DNA of 63,719 nt, filler included, from Lenisia limosa (lineage: Eukaryota > Protista > Breviatea), in the NCBI GenBank assembly GCA_001655205.1. It is 12 parts of 12 records of this genome, joined end to end, with 100 filler letters (N's around TTAATTAATTAA, not from the genome) between each part and the next. Parts side by side here need not be neighbours in the genome. Positions count along the whole stretch, not along the records: positions 1 to 27,024 come from LPNZ01006761.1; 11 more parts are not named here. The stretch is one strand, 5' to 3'. The translations under genes were made by a program, and so were the position numbers. Shown piece by piece: positions 1 through 12,000 of this stretch (position 1 is its first letter; each line of letters opens with the position of its first letter). Under the pieces are notes generated by a model. That model was not told where the DNA came from and ran no database searches. It saw nothing but the letters and a program-made list of their open reading frames with translations.

Positions 1-55
1 ACTCCCCGTTAAGTCGGAATAATTAAACAACCACGTGAAACGTCCTGTCACCAAC

Positions 56-644
56 CTGGGAAGGTGACTAAATGTCGAGGGGACAATGGGGTCTGTAAGA
101 TGAGAGGCATTCAACATGTTTACAAAATTCAGATTAGAAACAACCCTAGAACTTACCACCAATTGGGTGTGAACCACCACTACAGTAGTTAGGTCCGCTA
201 GAATTTCTTCTTTCTTCAAAGTGAATTATTCATGAAATACAATAAATTCATCAATAAAAATTGACCTAGATGACTTACAATGAGTGCAGTTTGGTTGGCA
301 ACGTACTGCTCAAGGAACTCCTGGGAGGTGAACGGTAGGAGAAAGCTGTACTGTGTCGTTGGAGACCACAAAATGTCTGGTGAACATTTATTTCTGTCCT
401 TCATTGTTTCCTACATTCCATCATACTAATGTAATGACATCACGAGAGCTGCTTGGGTCTTCAAGAACACTACATTGTGAGAGTGTGTGGAGCTGGAAGT
501 TGGAGTGTTGCTGGAATGCGCTCCCTACCTCATTCCTACTGTCTCCAATTTGCCATCATAGGAGAACGACATCGTTTTTCCAGATACTAGACTTCCTCCA
601 CCAATTAACAGAACAAGCAAGAAGGAATTAATAAATAAGAACAT
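56..644 (-). CDS. Hypothetical secreted protein, multi-exon, probably continues past the left edge of the window
   Basis: ATG at 644 opens MFLFINSFLLVLLIGGGSLVSG (signal-peptide-like). Later GT-AG bounded segments read DILWSPTTQYSFLLPFTSQEFLEQYVANQTALI, NSSGPNYCSGGSHPIG and DPIVPSTFSHLP. No family recognised. Confidence 0.5.
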
Positions 645-968
645 GGTTGATGCACTGATTGTCTGAAAGGATATGTGAATGTGATTTGTCAGGATGATTT
701 TTTTTCTTTTCTTCTTCTCGTTCTTTTCCCCTTCCTTCCTTCTAATTCCTTTTCCAAAATCCCTTTCCCTTTTTCGTGTGGGCGGGGGGGGGGGGCNNNN
801 NNNNNNNNNNNNNNNNNNNNNNNNNNNNNNNNNNNNNNNNNNNNNNNNNNNNNNNNNNNNNNNNNNNNNNNNNNNNTGTTTTTCCGCCCTTTTTGGCTTA
901 CCTTGCTTAAATAGTCATTAGTTTCCTTGAATATAAATAAATTTGACGGAACTTAGCCCTAATCATCC

Positions 969-3900
969 TTGATGGAACGTATTTCTTCACTTAGAGAGCA
1001 CCAATCAGGCTCCAGAGCGGTTGAAAGTCTCAATGCTTTGATTATTGAGGGAATTCCAGAGTGCCCCGACTCGAGAGACGTTCTTCTTACTTGTTTGCTG
1101 CTTGTTTATGATTCCTGCCATTTATACAATCCTCTTTTCAAAAACAGCCTTTTGCCTATGAAATTTTAGAGTTTAAATAAAATAATGCCTTTATGTAAAA
1201 ATGTGTTCTTCTGTTTCCTCTTATCATCGTTCCTCACAGTGTGCAATGCTGAACATAAGAAGATTCTCCCTCAAGTCCACGCTTTATTACGCCAGTTGAC
1301 AAGAGAAGAAGACAAAGGTAAAAGCTTATTTATGAAAGTTTTTAACTTCCTAGGCATTGTTGCCACCCTTCTTAGTAATGTGGAAGAAATGCCAGCCCTA
1401 ATGTATGCTGCAGCACTGAGGACTGTAAGCTGCATGCAAGATATTTCACAACTAACCACCACAGACGGGACATACGATTATCGAAGGTCAAGGTAATGCC
1501 ACACTTTCACGCCATCTTGAAGACCTCTTGGATACTTCCCCTCTGGATGAGGTAGGAAAGCATCGCAACTTTAAAGGTGTTGGAAACAGTTATCTATAAA
1601 TCATTTTGCTTTCGTTTTGTATTTTTTTTTTTTTTTTTTTTTGGCAAAAGCGTACNNNNNNNNNNNNNNNNNNNNNNNNNNNNNNNNNNNNNNNNNNNNN
1701 NNNNNNNNNNNNNTCCCATACTTTGTTGATTGTAAAGATTAGCTTCAGACCTGAAGGGTTGTCCATTCTTATCTATCAGCACTCTATTTCATTCGAATCT
1801 AAGTCTTGCAGGAAGGCAAAAGGAGGAAGAAGAGAGGTAACTTTGATACCAAAGTAAGTTGCTTGTTTTTCAATCATTGTCTTCCACTGGATGGCATAAA
1901 ATATTTGTACCATTTTTAAGAGGGAAATGAAGAAAGATGCATTTTATCTTTCAAATAGAGCTCAATCGTACTAGATTCTTCAACAGTCAGCCCTGACATC
2001 CGCTGCTGCCGCTGCTTTACCATCTGAAAGACTTATCTCGGTTGGAGGGATAAGGACATTGGAAATAAATATACTATAGCTTGTTGAAGAAAATTATGTT
2101 CTTAAAAAATACTTGATTTTTATTTCGGGGTCGAAATGCAGTGCCCTTGCCCAAGTCACCTTTTAGCTTATTTGCCAAAACCTCCGACACAATGTCATGG
2201 ATGACTATCTGGCATACTCGTATTTATTCGAGCTTATTCGATTCGTAAGCGCTCCAAATTTGCCCTTATGATAATATGGAATGAATTGTTTATTACTATT
2301 AGTGTGATGGCAAAATGACCCCACTAGGGCCATATTGATCTTGTTCACGAGGGCTTGTTAGTCCAGATCCCACAAGTTCCAGAGTTTACAGCGGCTCCGG
2401 TTTTCGCCCACGTGATGTCTCAACTCGCAAAATCGTGGGGGGTATGAAGAGTGGAACTATGGTAATATCAAAGCACTCCCACCAGGCTCTTTCTACGCTT
2501 TTTTTTATTATTTTTTTTAGGAAGGCTAATGATAAAGCAATTTTCCTCAGACCACTCATTACAATGGCTGGGTAGGAAATGTGACATATGAACATCATGT
2601 TATTGAAGTTGCTCATTTTTCCAGGTCGAAGAATCTGATTACTTCCCTTCAAGCTTTGAAAAAGTGAGACTGCTAACCCAATATTTGGAAGCCACACTTA
2701 ATAAAATACAAGCTAATGCTATAGGCTCTCAGAGTTTCCCTTCCATGACCTTGCAACAATGCGGGTTGATACTGTGGGTTTCATCTGATATTTCAGTTTT
2801 ATTGTTGTCATTCCAATCCCCCTACTGGGAAAAACAACATAACTTGTAAAACTGATACATTACAGTTTTCCGTTTTAGTCAATATTCATCATCGAAATGT
2901 CCTTCTTTTACTCAATTTTCCATTTTTACTTTTCCAACCTNNNNNNNNNNNNNNNNNNNNNNNNNNNNNNNNNNNNNNNNNNNNNNNNNNNNNNNNNNNN
3001 NNNNNNNNNNNNNNNNNNNNNNNNNNNNNNNNNNNNNNNNNNNNNNNNNNNNNNNNNNCGCCCTCAATGAAAAGGACCAGGCTACCAGAATGCTCGTAAG
3101 GGGGGTATTTTTTATACTTGGGCAGCGCGATAATTTAGGATTACACTATGTACTAGTAGTCTTGATATAGCAAGTGTCATTGGCTACCTTCTAATCATGT
3201 GTACGCCACACATATTGTATTTGATATTATATATGCATATACTATATCGATATGTAATAAATAAGAGTACTTATAGGAGTATGATATAATTGTTATCTGA
3301 TCTTCTAGGGGTACAGTGTTCTTGCTGCGATTTCAAAACTCTACACACAAAACTCAAGTTTGTGGGAGTCATTATTTATAACGCGGAAGAAAGCCCTTTG
3401 AATTATTACTTTTTCGGTTTCAAGATTGCTTTCATAAACAATGACCCAGAGAATGGGCCAGTATTTTGACAGCTGAACTTATTGTTATAAGAATTGGTCT
3501 GATTTAATATTCTGACACTTTACGCTTACGTAATGCAGAAGGAGGACAAAGCCTTGTATTTGAGGATTCTGGCTATATCTGTGCACATCATGCTACTTCA
3601 AAAACCGCAACAAAATTCGAAAAGTCTCGCGGTAAGGATAAATCTGTTTTGGTGCCTGATAATTTTTTATTTCTGACTCGCAATTTCTTCTCACTATTCA
3701 GCGATATGCGCCGCTATTTGGTCCATTTCTAAGAAGCATGCTGACAATATTGGCAGTGTGAGCCTTATGTCAATGTTGATGATGGGTGATATATCATTGT
3801 AACCATGATGCAACCCATATTATACCATTACTGTTTTCAAAGCAAACTTACATGACAGGTAGCGTTACAAGAGATTAAGTCAGAAGAGTGGCTTGGCCCT

Positions 3901-4491
3901 TCAGCCGCTGAAGCCGCAGTGGGATATGCATTTTCATTAATATTGGGTTGATTTTATATTTGAGCAGTTGAAAATCCCAATAGAGTATGAGTAGTTGCCA
4001 ATCATAATTCTGAAATCTGCAGCCTTTTCTCAGTCTTATTATTTAGAAAATTCCTCGAGCCTTGGTTGGACGAGCTGTGATTGATGTGCCTTTTGTCCCA
4101 AATGCACTCAAGGTGTGGCTGAACAAGTAAATTTATTATCATAACTATGATAGTGCTTTACTAATAAGGATTGTATTTTCAATCTATTCAATCTTGGTAT
4201 ATATAGCACCCCCTCCCCCATCTTATTCCTTTTAGGTTACCACCGCATGGGCAGTTCGACACCCATATCAGGCAAGTGGCGAGGTCTTGACTGACATCTG
4301 GTCAGCATCTTTGAACTTTGGAAAGCCAGCTTACCCCAAACTATGGAATGTGGGTGAGAGACTAATTGCACGTGTGTGCTTGAAATAATTTTTCCATAGT
4401 TTGTTTCACAGATTACGGAGTAGGCTTTAATGACATGTGCGAATTCCGAATCAGCCCCAAGCCTCTTCTCTCCGAAGTTGGCTGCGATTAA
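969..4491 (+). CDS. Hypothetical, largely helical protein (one gene or two, split by the N gap at 2941-3058)
   Basis: A run of splice-bounded open segments: ILPQVHALLRQLTREEDK, GIVATLLSNVEEMPALMYAAALRT, LASDLKGCPFLSISTLF, VRLLTQYLEATLNKIQ, AICAAIWSISKKHADNIGS, IPRALVGRAVIDVPFVPNALKVWLNK. No diagnostic motif; both ends are uncertain. Confidence 0.5.
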
Positions 4492-5483
4492 GTTCCTGGG
4501 TCTACATGCCCCCACAATCTCGGACGGAAATGAGTTTGTGGATTCCTTACTACAATAAGGCGTATTGGTTCGTTCGTAATAACTATTCACTCTATGAATC
4601 TTATATCACAGAGATATGATGACTGAGGCTTGCGAGTTCCTTCAAGAAGAATCTTTCTTCTCAAATGAAGCTGTGAGGGGGTCCTTTCTTCAAATACGTG
4701 GGGGGGGGGGGGGTNNNNNNNNNNNNNNNNNNNNNNNNNNNNNNNNNNNNNNNNNNNNNNNNNNNNNNNNNNNNNNNNNNNNNNNNNNNNNNNNNNNNNN
4801 NNNNNNNNNNNNNNNNNNNNNNNNNNNNNNNNNNNNNNNNNNNNNNNNNNNNNNNNNNNNNNNACCCTCCTATAAATATATAAATCTTATGTTTTTCATA
4901 GTTTTCGTTTTTTCTTTGGGGTGAAAGAGAACCTATTTTTCGGTAATTTTTTGTTTTGACATTATCTTAGTCGTCTTCATTTTTGGTTATTTATTTGCTC
5001 TTCTACTTATCAGAAGCTTGGCTCAATTGTGATTCAAACTTGGCTGAATGAATGCAAGACGGAATAAGTGTCGATTCAACTAGATTTGAAATAACATATC
5101 ATATATAATACAATTGTTTGGCTGCATTAAAGTTGGTTCGTTGTTCACTGGTTCCACGATGGTTCCCAGACGGTTCGACGGTTCCACGTGAAAATGAAAT
5201 CTGCGTGAAATTGTGAAATGAAAGAAAGAAAGGAACTGGAAAGGGATTGATTATTGGTGGTGAAGTTGAGGGGGATTAAAAAATATGCGATTTTAGACCG
5301 CCGCCCTACCATTTTTATATATACCCCCCCAGATGGAGTTATATAAGTACCCTCATTTTTTTTCAGCCTCTTGAGCATATCTTGAACATTTCGTGCATTT
5401 ATTCACTGTAGTAGAATAATATATAGGCAAAACGACGACCGTTTATCCAGAATTCATCTTGTCTCCTTCAACCTTTTGCAGTT

Positions 5484-8400
5484 ATGACTGATCCTCATTC
5501 CGAGGACATCAGTCCAGGTAAGGAGGAGGTGGGACATGACAACACTATTAAAGTTTATTGGATGGGATGCTTTGGTTGCCATTTCCCAGCTTTTCGTCAT
5601 GTTTTTGTGAAATCAATATGTTTTGCACACACGTCATCAGTCAATAGGCTGTTCGGCTAGTTTCTTGATTTCACGCTCCATTTCAATGAGCTATTCTTAT
5701 TAATTATGATTGGCACTCTTTTCTGTTTCCTTTTTCTTTCTTTTCTTTTCTTTTGTGTTGTCTAACCAGTTGATTTTATCCATTTCTAGAAGTTGCTGAG
5801 CAAATAAGGCAACATGAGCAGTTTAAGAAGGAACGCAAGCAGTTCCATGTAGGTTGAATTTTTGAATTCATTTCTGTATAATGTTGGTTAGTGTAGCTCC
5901 AATGTGCCCCTTCCTCCCCATTTTTTTTCCTCTTTGTGTTGGGAAACAATGCAAGTGCAGAATCTGTTACCATATTTCTTGACCATGAAGGAAAAGGAAG
6001 GTCTCAAGCCCCAGAAGGTGGCCAAATCATACAGACGCAAGAACGTTCCTCAAGACCCTGTCCCTTCTCCTCTTCCAAAGACAAATGAAGCTGAGGTATT
6101 TCCTCATACAGTTTAATATTATTTTATTTTATGTATTCATATTGAGTTCTTCCATTCTTCCATTTTTGAGTAGTTATTGTTTTAGGAACCCATGAAGACT
6201 GAACAAAGCACTGTCGAATCACCTATTGTAAACGATCCGGTAGGTATTGGAAGTATGGATACGTTTTTCAGTTATTTTGAATTGCTTCCGCGTTAACCGA
6301 ATAAGGCGGTGATCAATGCGCAACCAGCCCCCCAACACCTCCCTCAACAGCCTCCCCAAATGATGCACGGTCGCCCAATGGTTGGAAGGTCCCTTGTTGT
6401 TGTTTATATAGTAACAATATCGAGATAAATTACGCAATTAATAATAGCCTGCAACCTTATCTCACCACCCAGCCCATGCACCCTGTAATGCCTGGGATGC
6501 ATGGCATGCCCGGACCCTTTCCCATGATGCAAATGCCCCCTCAGTTCTACCAAATGTCCCCCGCTCAGCAAATGCAGTACCAGCAGGTAGGAGCTGTGGC
6601 CAGTGTCCAAGATCTTCACCTCGTAGCATTTGCAGCAGCAACAAATGCACATGTACCACCAAATGATGCAACAGCAAGGCATGATGCCCAATAGGGGTAT
6701 TATGCAGCAAAACCATCCGAGTCAGGCTGCCAGGGCTCCTACCGAAACACCTAAGGAGAGCGCTGACAAAGGTGAGCAAAAGGGGCATAAAGAGCTATCT
6801 ACTCTGGGTTCTCACGTAAACAGAAGAAGAGCCAAAACAGGCCCCTGTCGGTACAGCAGTTGAAGAGTTCCCTACGCTTGGAGGTTCTTCTAAAGGTATG
6901 TAGCTCCCTTATTGCATCTACCAAAGTAAACTTGAATCTTTTGAACCAACTTATGTGACTCATCTTTACTCTACATACTTTCTGGTAATAGTCTATATTT
7001 CATAAAATATTCCTTTGGAGCCCTGGTAAGCTTCCAACAGCTTATCACCGCATTTTGACAACCCTAATTTCAACTAGTCGCTGTGTCAGGGAAATCCCCG
7101 AAGCCAAAAGGCAAAAAGGGTGGTCGCAAGCAGAAGGGCATCAATATCAATGACCTTCCCGAGGACCATCCAATCAACGAACAGCAGGAGAGAAAACAAA
7201 ATGTGGGCAAATGGAGGTGTCCTCTTTTCAAAGGCTTTGACCTGTACCCCCCTCTTTTTTTTTCCCCCCTTCTAAATATATATCGATATCGATATATGAT
7301 AACAAAATCATATCATATCGACTATTCATAAATGCGAATTGGAGATGTAGATTTATGCAATGCAGGATCGTCACAACCAGGGAAGTGGTCAAAGTCGTCG
7401 ATACACTCAGAACCAGAATAGCCCTCAAGATCAACGGCAGCAAAACAACCAACAAGGCCTGTTGTCTCGTCCTGAGGGCCCTTCCAGTGCTCCACAGGTT
7501 GGCTGCTTACCTTTCTATTTTCCGATAGTTGAGATTATCTATCACCAATTTTCCCTTTCTGAATGATTAGGTGAATTTCCACAACGGACACCAAGGTGGC
7601 TACAACAGAAACAACAGCAATCAATACAACAACAATCGCCAGAACAATAATCGCCATCAAAGCCACCATAATAACCGCAACGACTATCAACAGTTGAGGC
7701 CCTCTGCCCCCACTCCTGAAAGCAATGCTATTACCATTTCGAATCTTCTCCAAAACATGCCCAGCGTAAGCATCCAGAGGAATCTTTCTTGGTCGCTTCC
7801 TTTAACTGTTACTTATATTGTAGGGAATTGTCGATATTCCCACTCAAACACAATCTGGAGTGTTCAGTGCTGCAGCACTTGAAGCTAGCCTTCTCCCCCA
7901 TATCGTAAGAGATCATTTTGATGTTCCTCTCACGAGAGATTGTAAACACTAATTGGGTTGTAGAAAGAGCCCCTCAGTGCGATCAATCAGCCCATGTATT
8001 CTTATGAAAAAAGGTTGGAGTCTGCTTCACTAATACTGTTTCTTCTTGAGCTTCCAGCTTCTTTCTGATCGTTTCAGGAACTTCTACCCTCTCCAAAACC
8101 CTGATGGCACCTTTGTACACGAACAGCTGATGACTCCTCTCGAACTGGTTAGTAACTAAACATGCTTTCTTGAACCATTAAAAGACTGATATGATCTTAA
8201 TTCGTCTACAGAGTGAAGCTCTAAATCTATAGATTGAGATTAAACGATTTCAGACCTGCATCTCTTATAATGAAATAGTCGAACCTGGTCAATTCCACTC
8301 GTCGCAATCTTGATGGCAAAGACCCCTATATTTTCGACTTCTATTTTACGACTTTTGTCGAGAACCTCAGACCCGGTTTGCCAAGTGAACGACCGTTTCC

Positions 8401-10414
8401 TTTCTCACTTCTGTAGAGGATGAAATTATCCCAAAAGACCGAATTTTGGACTTGAAGGGTTACAAGAAACAGTTGAAGTGCAACAATATCGACGAAAACG
8501 GACAGTATAACTTTGGTATGCGAATTTTCTTGGGCTTCATTTCAGTAAAAGACATAAGCTGTAAACTACCGATAGTACATGCCTCATCGTGCAGGATGGT
8601 TGAAGAGCTCTCTTGGACATTTGTCAACATTCGACGCTTCAAAGCCTAAGCCTAATATAGACGTATGATTTGACGCAGTACTCCACTGCACCCCCTGCTT
8701 GCAGTGTCTAACCGTCACCAGGTTTCTGTAATTGCCAGTGTTGAGTCGACGTTTATGAACAGATATGCTCTCAAGGCGGTAAAGGGGGTGTTCTCATGTT
8801 CTGAAATACATAATCAGTTTCTTACCTTTTCAGCGTTTTGAAAAGTGTCTCTCTATTTTGAACCGAATTGAAGATCTTGATCGGACACGAGTTCTCAAAA
8901 GCGGAGACCATATCCTTGAAAACTCTGAGTAAGCTGATGGATAAAATGCTACTAAAACATATTGTTATAGTTGAAAGATTTTTGTACTGTTTTAATACTT
9001 CAGGGAGACCATTCAGCAGCAGCAGAAGCACGAAATTGATCTTCTTGTGTCTGAGCTAGCCATTGTCCCCACCACCCAGTGCATCCCATCCGAAGTCAAT
9101 GTTGAAGACATCTACGTTCTAGGCATTGTGTCGTCAAGGAAGGGTGGGAGATGGAAAGAGTTTTTTTATGCTTTAGCCGGACCACAGTTACTTATAATTT
9201 AGGTATTTCTCTCCTTCTCCGTGCCCTTCCTCTCCTCGAAATCAATATCTCTCAGGCAATTATTTTGACTCTCTTACGGCGTCCCACCCACTTCATTGAA
9301 GCAATCCAGAAGGTATGGACAAGATTTGCAATGGTTAATCGGAGAATAATGTACTAGACGTACTGTCCACATCAATGGTAGCGTTTATTATGTGGATTGA
9401 ATTGTTTTTTATATACTATATTAAATAAAAACCGTTATGAGTATTGTATATCATTTAGCCAATCTAAAGGATTCATTTAAATTTCCCCTCAGTTACAAGA
9501 AGATGACTGTTCAATCATGCCACTGATCCAAGAGCTCTCCGATCAAGCCTCTTCATTGTCTCTGCCCTATGCTTACGCTGCTATTCATGCTTTCCTTGAC
9601 TTCAATAGCCCTGATGACCTTCCAAGATTTATGAACAATGAAGTGATGAGGGATGACGGTTTGATATATTTTTGATGTATCTGAGAGAGATGAGAAATAA
9701 ATATTGGTTGTATCTGCCCGAAGCCGTCCACGCCCTCGCTTATAAGTTTGATGTTATTGCACCCAATTATTTACACAGGCCCACCCAGCGTAAAGTAAAT
9801 GAAATGATCTTCTATATCTCACACCCCAGGCTCTTGGCACTCTTGTCGCTACCATCCTCTTCTGCGGACACAGCATGATGGCCGATGCGTCTTTTGAGGA
9901 GGCTAGGGGTGTACCCTGGTATGGGGATTTCTGACTTCATTAAACGCCTACGCCTTTCCATTTGCTAAGTATTCAGGCCAATGCTGTTTGGGGCATTCTT
10001 TGACCGAATGAAGGGCAAGGTGGGAGGGAACTCACTAAGTCATCATTTCACAACCAGTGGTTAACCCCGTGTAGTTCAGTGTCTTCCTTGGAGACGGGCA
10101 AGGTACACTCAAGTATCTCATTCTCACCTCTTTCGTCGTCAATTCCACCGATGTCCAAAAGGAAATCCTTGTGGCTGAGTGCTTGTATGAGGGATTGGTT
10201 TCACAAAGATGTTTTTAGGGAGGGGAAAGAAGACAATTATTGAAATAAAATTATCTAATCAACAATGTTGGTTGTCTTGAACTGGATACACATTTGAAAC
10301 CATAAGAAGGCTGGGTTCAATTTGGGGGCTTTGATATTCTGACTAAGTAGTGAAACCTTGGCAGCGAACAAGGACAAACCGGAGGTCCAGAGTTTCCTTG
10401 CTAGTTGCAAGTAG
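5484..10414 (+). CDS. PAT1: Pat1/PATL-like mRNA decapping activator (Gln/Asn/Pro-rich N-terminal half, helical C-terminal half)
   Basis: The spliced read EQLMTPLEL|SNLVNSTRRNLDGKDPYIFDFYFTTF matches the Pat1 signature LMT...DPY..DFY (yeast LMTPRDK...EDPYNEDFYFQ). It follows GVFSAAALEASL and a long Q/N/P-rich region. The gene ends ETLAANKDKPEVQSFLASCK*. The first exons join in frame from the ATG at 5484. Confidence 0.72.
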
Positions 10415-10896
10415 AGTGTTATTGTATTTTATTCTTCTATGTTCACGGTGATCATCACATTTATATGAAAAATTTCAGTTTCAGTTGCAGGTATTTGATG
10501 ATAGATGCCGTTGATAATCCACATAAAAATGATCTGGTGGATACCTTGGGAGGAAAGGAGGAAGAGACTGGAAGTAGCTGGAAGTTCCCCGATTTATATC
10601 GGGTTACTGAATGGTGGATTTTCAGCAGGGAATAGGAACCTATGAATTTCCTGGAAACGAGAAGCAGCGGTCAAGAATTGCGAAAAGGGTAGCCGAGAGG
10701 TCTAGAATTGGGAAGAGAAGCAGAGGCAAACTAAGAGTGAGATGATACTAAACACCCAATACACCACACATCTAAAACCAGGAAGAGACTTGAGAAGGAA
10801 CATTTTTTGTCTCATAAAAGCATATTTGAAAAGGAAAACCCAGACTTGTTGGCCGAAGGTGTATTGACGCTAAAGAAACGACTAAAGGCAATGTCC

Positions 10897-11721
10897 TTAA
10901 CGCTAAAATAGTGAGAATTGTTAAAAATGGGTTTGCATGATGAATTTTGCACATAGTAGCTTACGTTAGACTTGGCGACACGCTCAAGTTCGTCCTTCTT
11001 CTTAATGGCGTAAGAAGAGGGAGAGCCGCGAGAAGCGTGGATGAGCTCATCAGCGAGGCACTCGGAGATGGTCTTGACTGAACGGAAAGCAGCCTGACGG
11101 GCACCAGCAGTGAGGAGGGCGATAGCCTGAATCATGAGGGGAAAACAAACATAGATAAAAAAAACCCATAAATGTACTCACAAAATGCTGAAAATCACCC
11201 AAAAACACACCTGGTTGACGCGACGGAGGGGAGAAACATCAACAGCCTGACGACGGGCAACACCGGCACCACCAACACGGGTGGAGTCTTCGCGAGCACC
11301 AGAGTTGGCAATAGCATCAACAACAACCTGGAGGGGGTTGGCATCGGTGGTAAGGTAGATGATCTCGAAAGCGTGCTCGACGATCTTCATGGCCATGAGC
11401 TTCTTGCCTAAATAGGTTATTTAAACATGTTAAAAACAAAACAAACCGTTGTTGCGGCCGTGCATCATAAGAGAGTTGGTAAGACGCTCAACAATGGGGC
11501 AGTTAGCCTTGCGGAAACGCTTAGCGGCATAACGGCCAGCGGTGTGGGGAAGGTAGGTGGCAGAGGAAGTCTTGACAGCCATGTAGTCAACAAGAGACAT
11601 GTCCTCAACAGTGATGTCGTCATGAGACCTGATACATTAGCCATGATCCGCATAAGTCTTCAGGTACATACCACTTGTTGAAAAGCTTGATGGAGGATTC
11701 AACTTCGGCGTGTTCAGCCAT
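10897..11721 (-). CDS. RPS5: 40S ribosomal protein S5 (uS7), 5 exons
   Basis: Translation includes [86 protein letters not shown] and [17 protein letters not shown]. All four introns are GT-AG. Confidence 0.98.
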
Positions 11722-11833
11722 TTTGGTTATTCCACTAAAAAAGTTACAATAAACACACAAATAAAAATAAATACCTTAGGCAAGAACTAAAGAGGAACTC
11801 AAAATAAAAAAAAAATGAATAAAAAGCAAAGAA

Positions 11834-11859
11834 AGTTCAGTTCACTTATGAACTGAACT
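11834..11859. promoter_or_regulatory. Perfect 11-bp inverted repeat in the RPS5 / coiled-coil divergent promoter
   Basis: AGTTCAGTTCA-ctta-TGAACTGAACT. The dyad is directly visible; a regulatory role is inferred from position only. Confidence 0.35.
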
Positions 11860-12000
11860 AGTTTTAATTTCGTAAATATTTTGGTTTCCTTTTTGATAAA
11901 TCACAATACCTTTCTTTTATGAGATACTATTGACTCTAAAAATACTTTGAGACATATTGGGTCTACATCACAGTATAGCACAACAGCATTGTTTGTCAAA

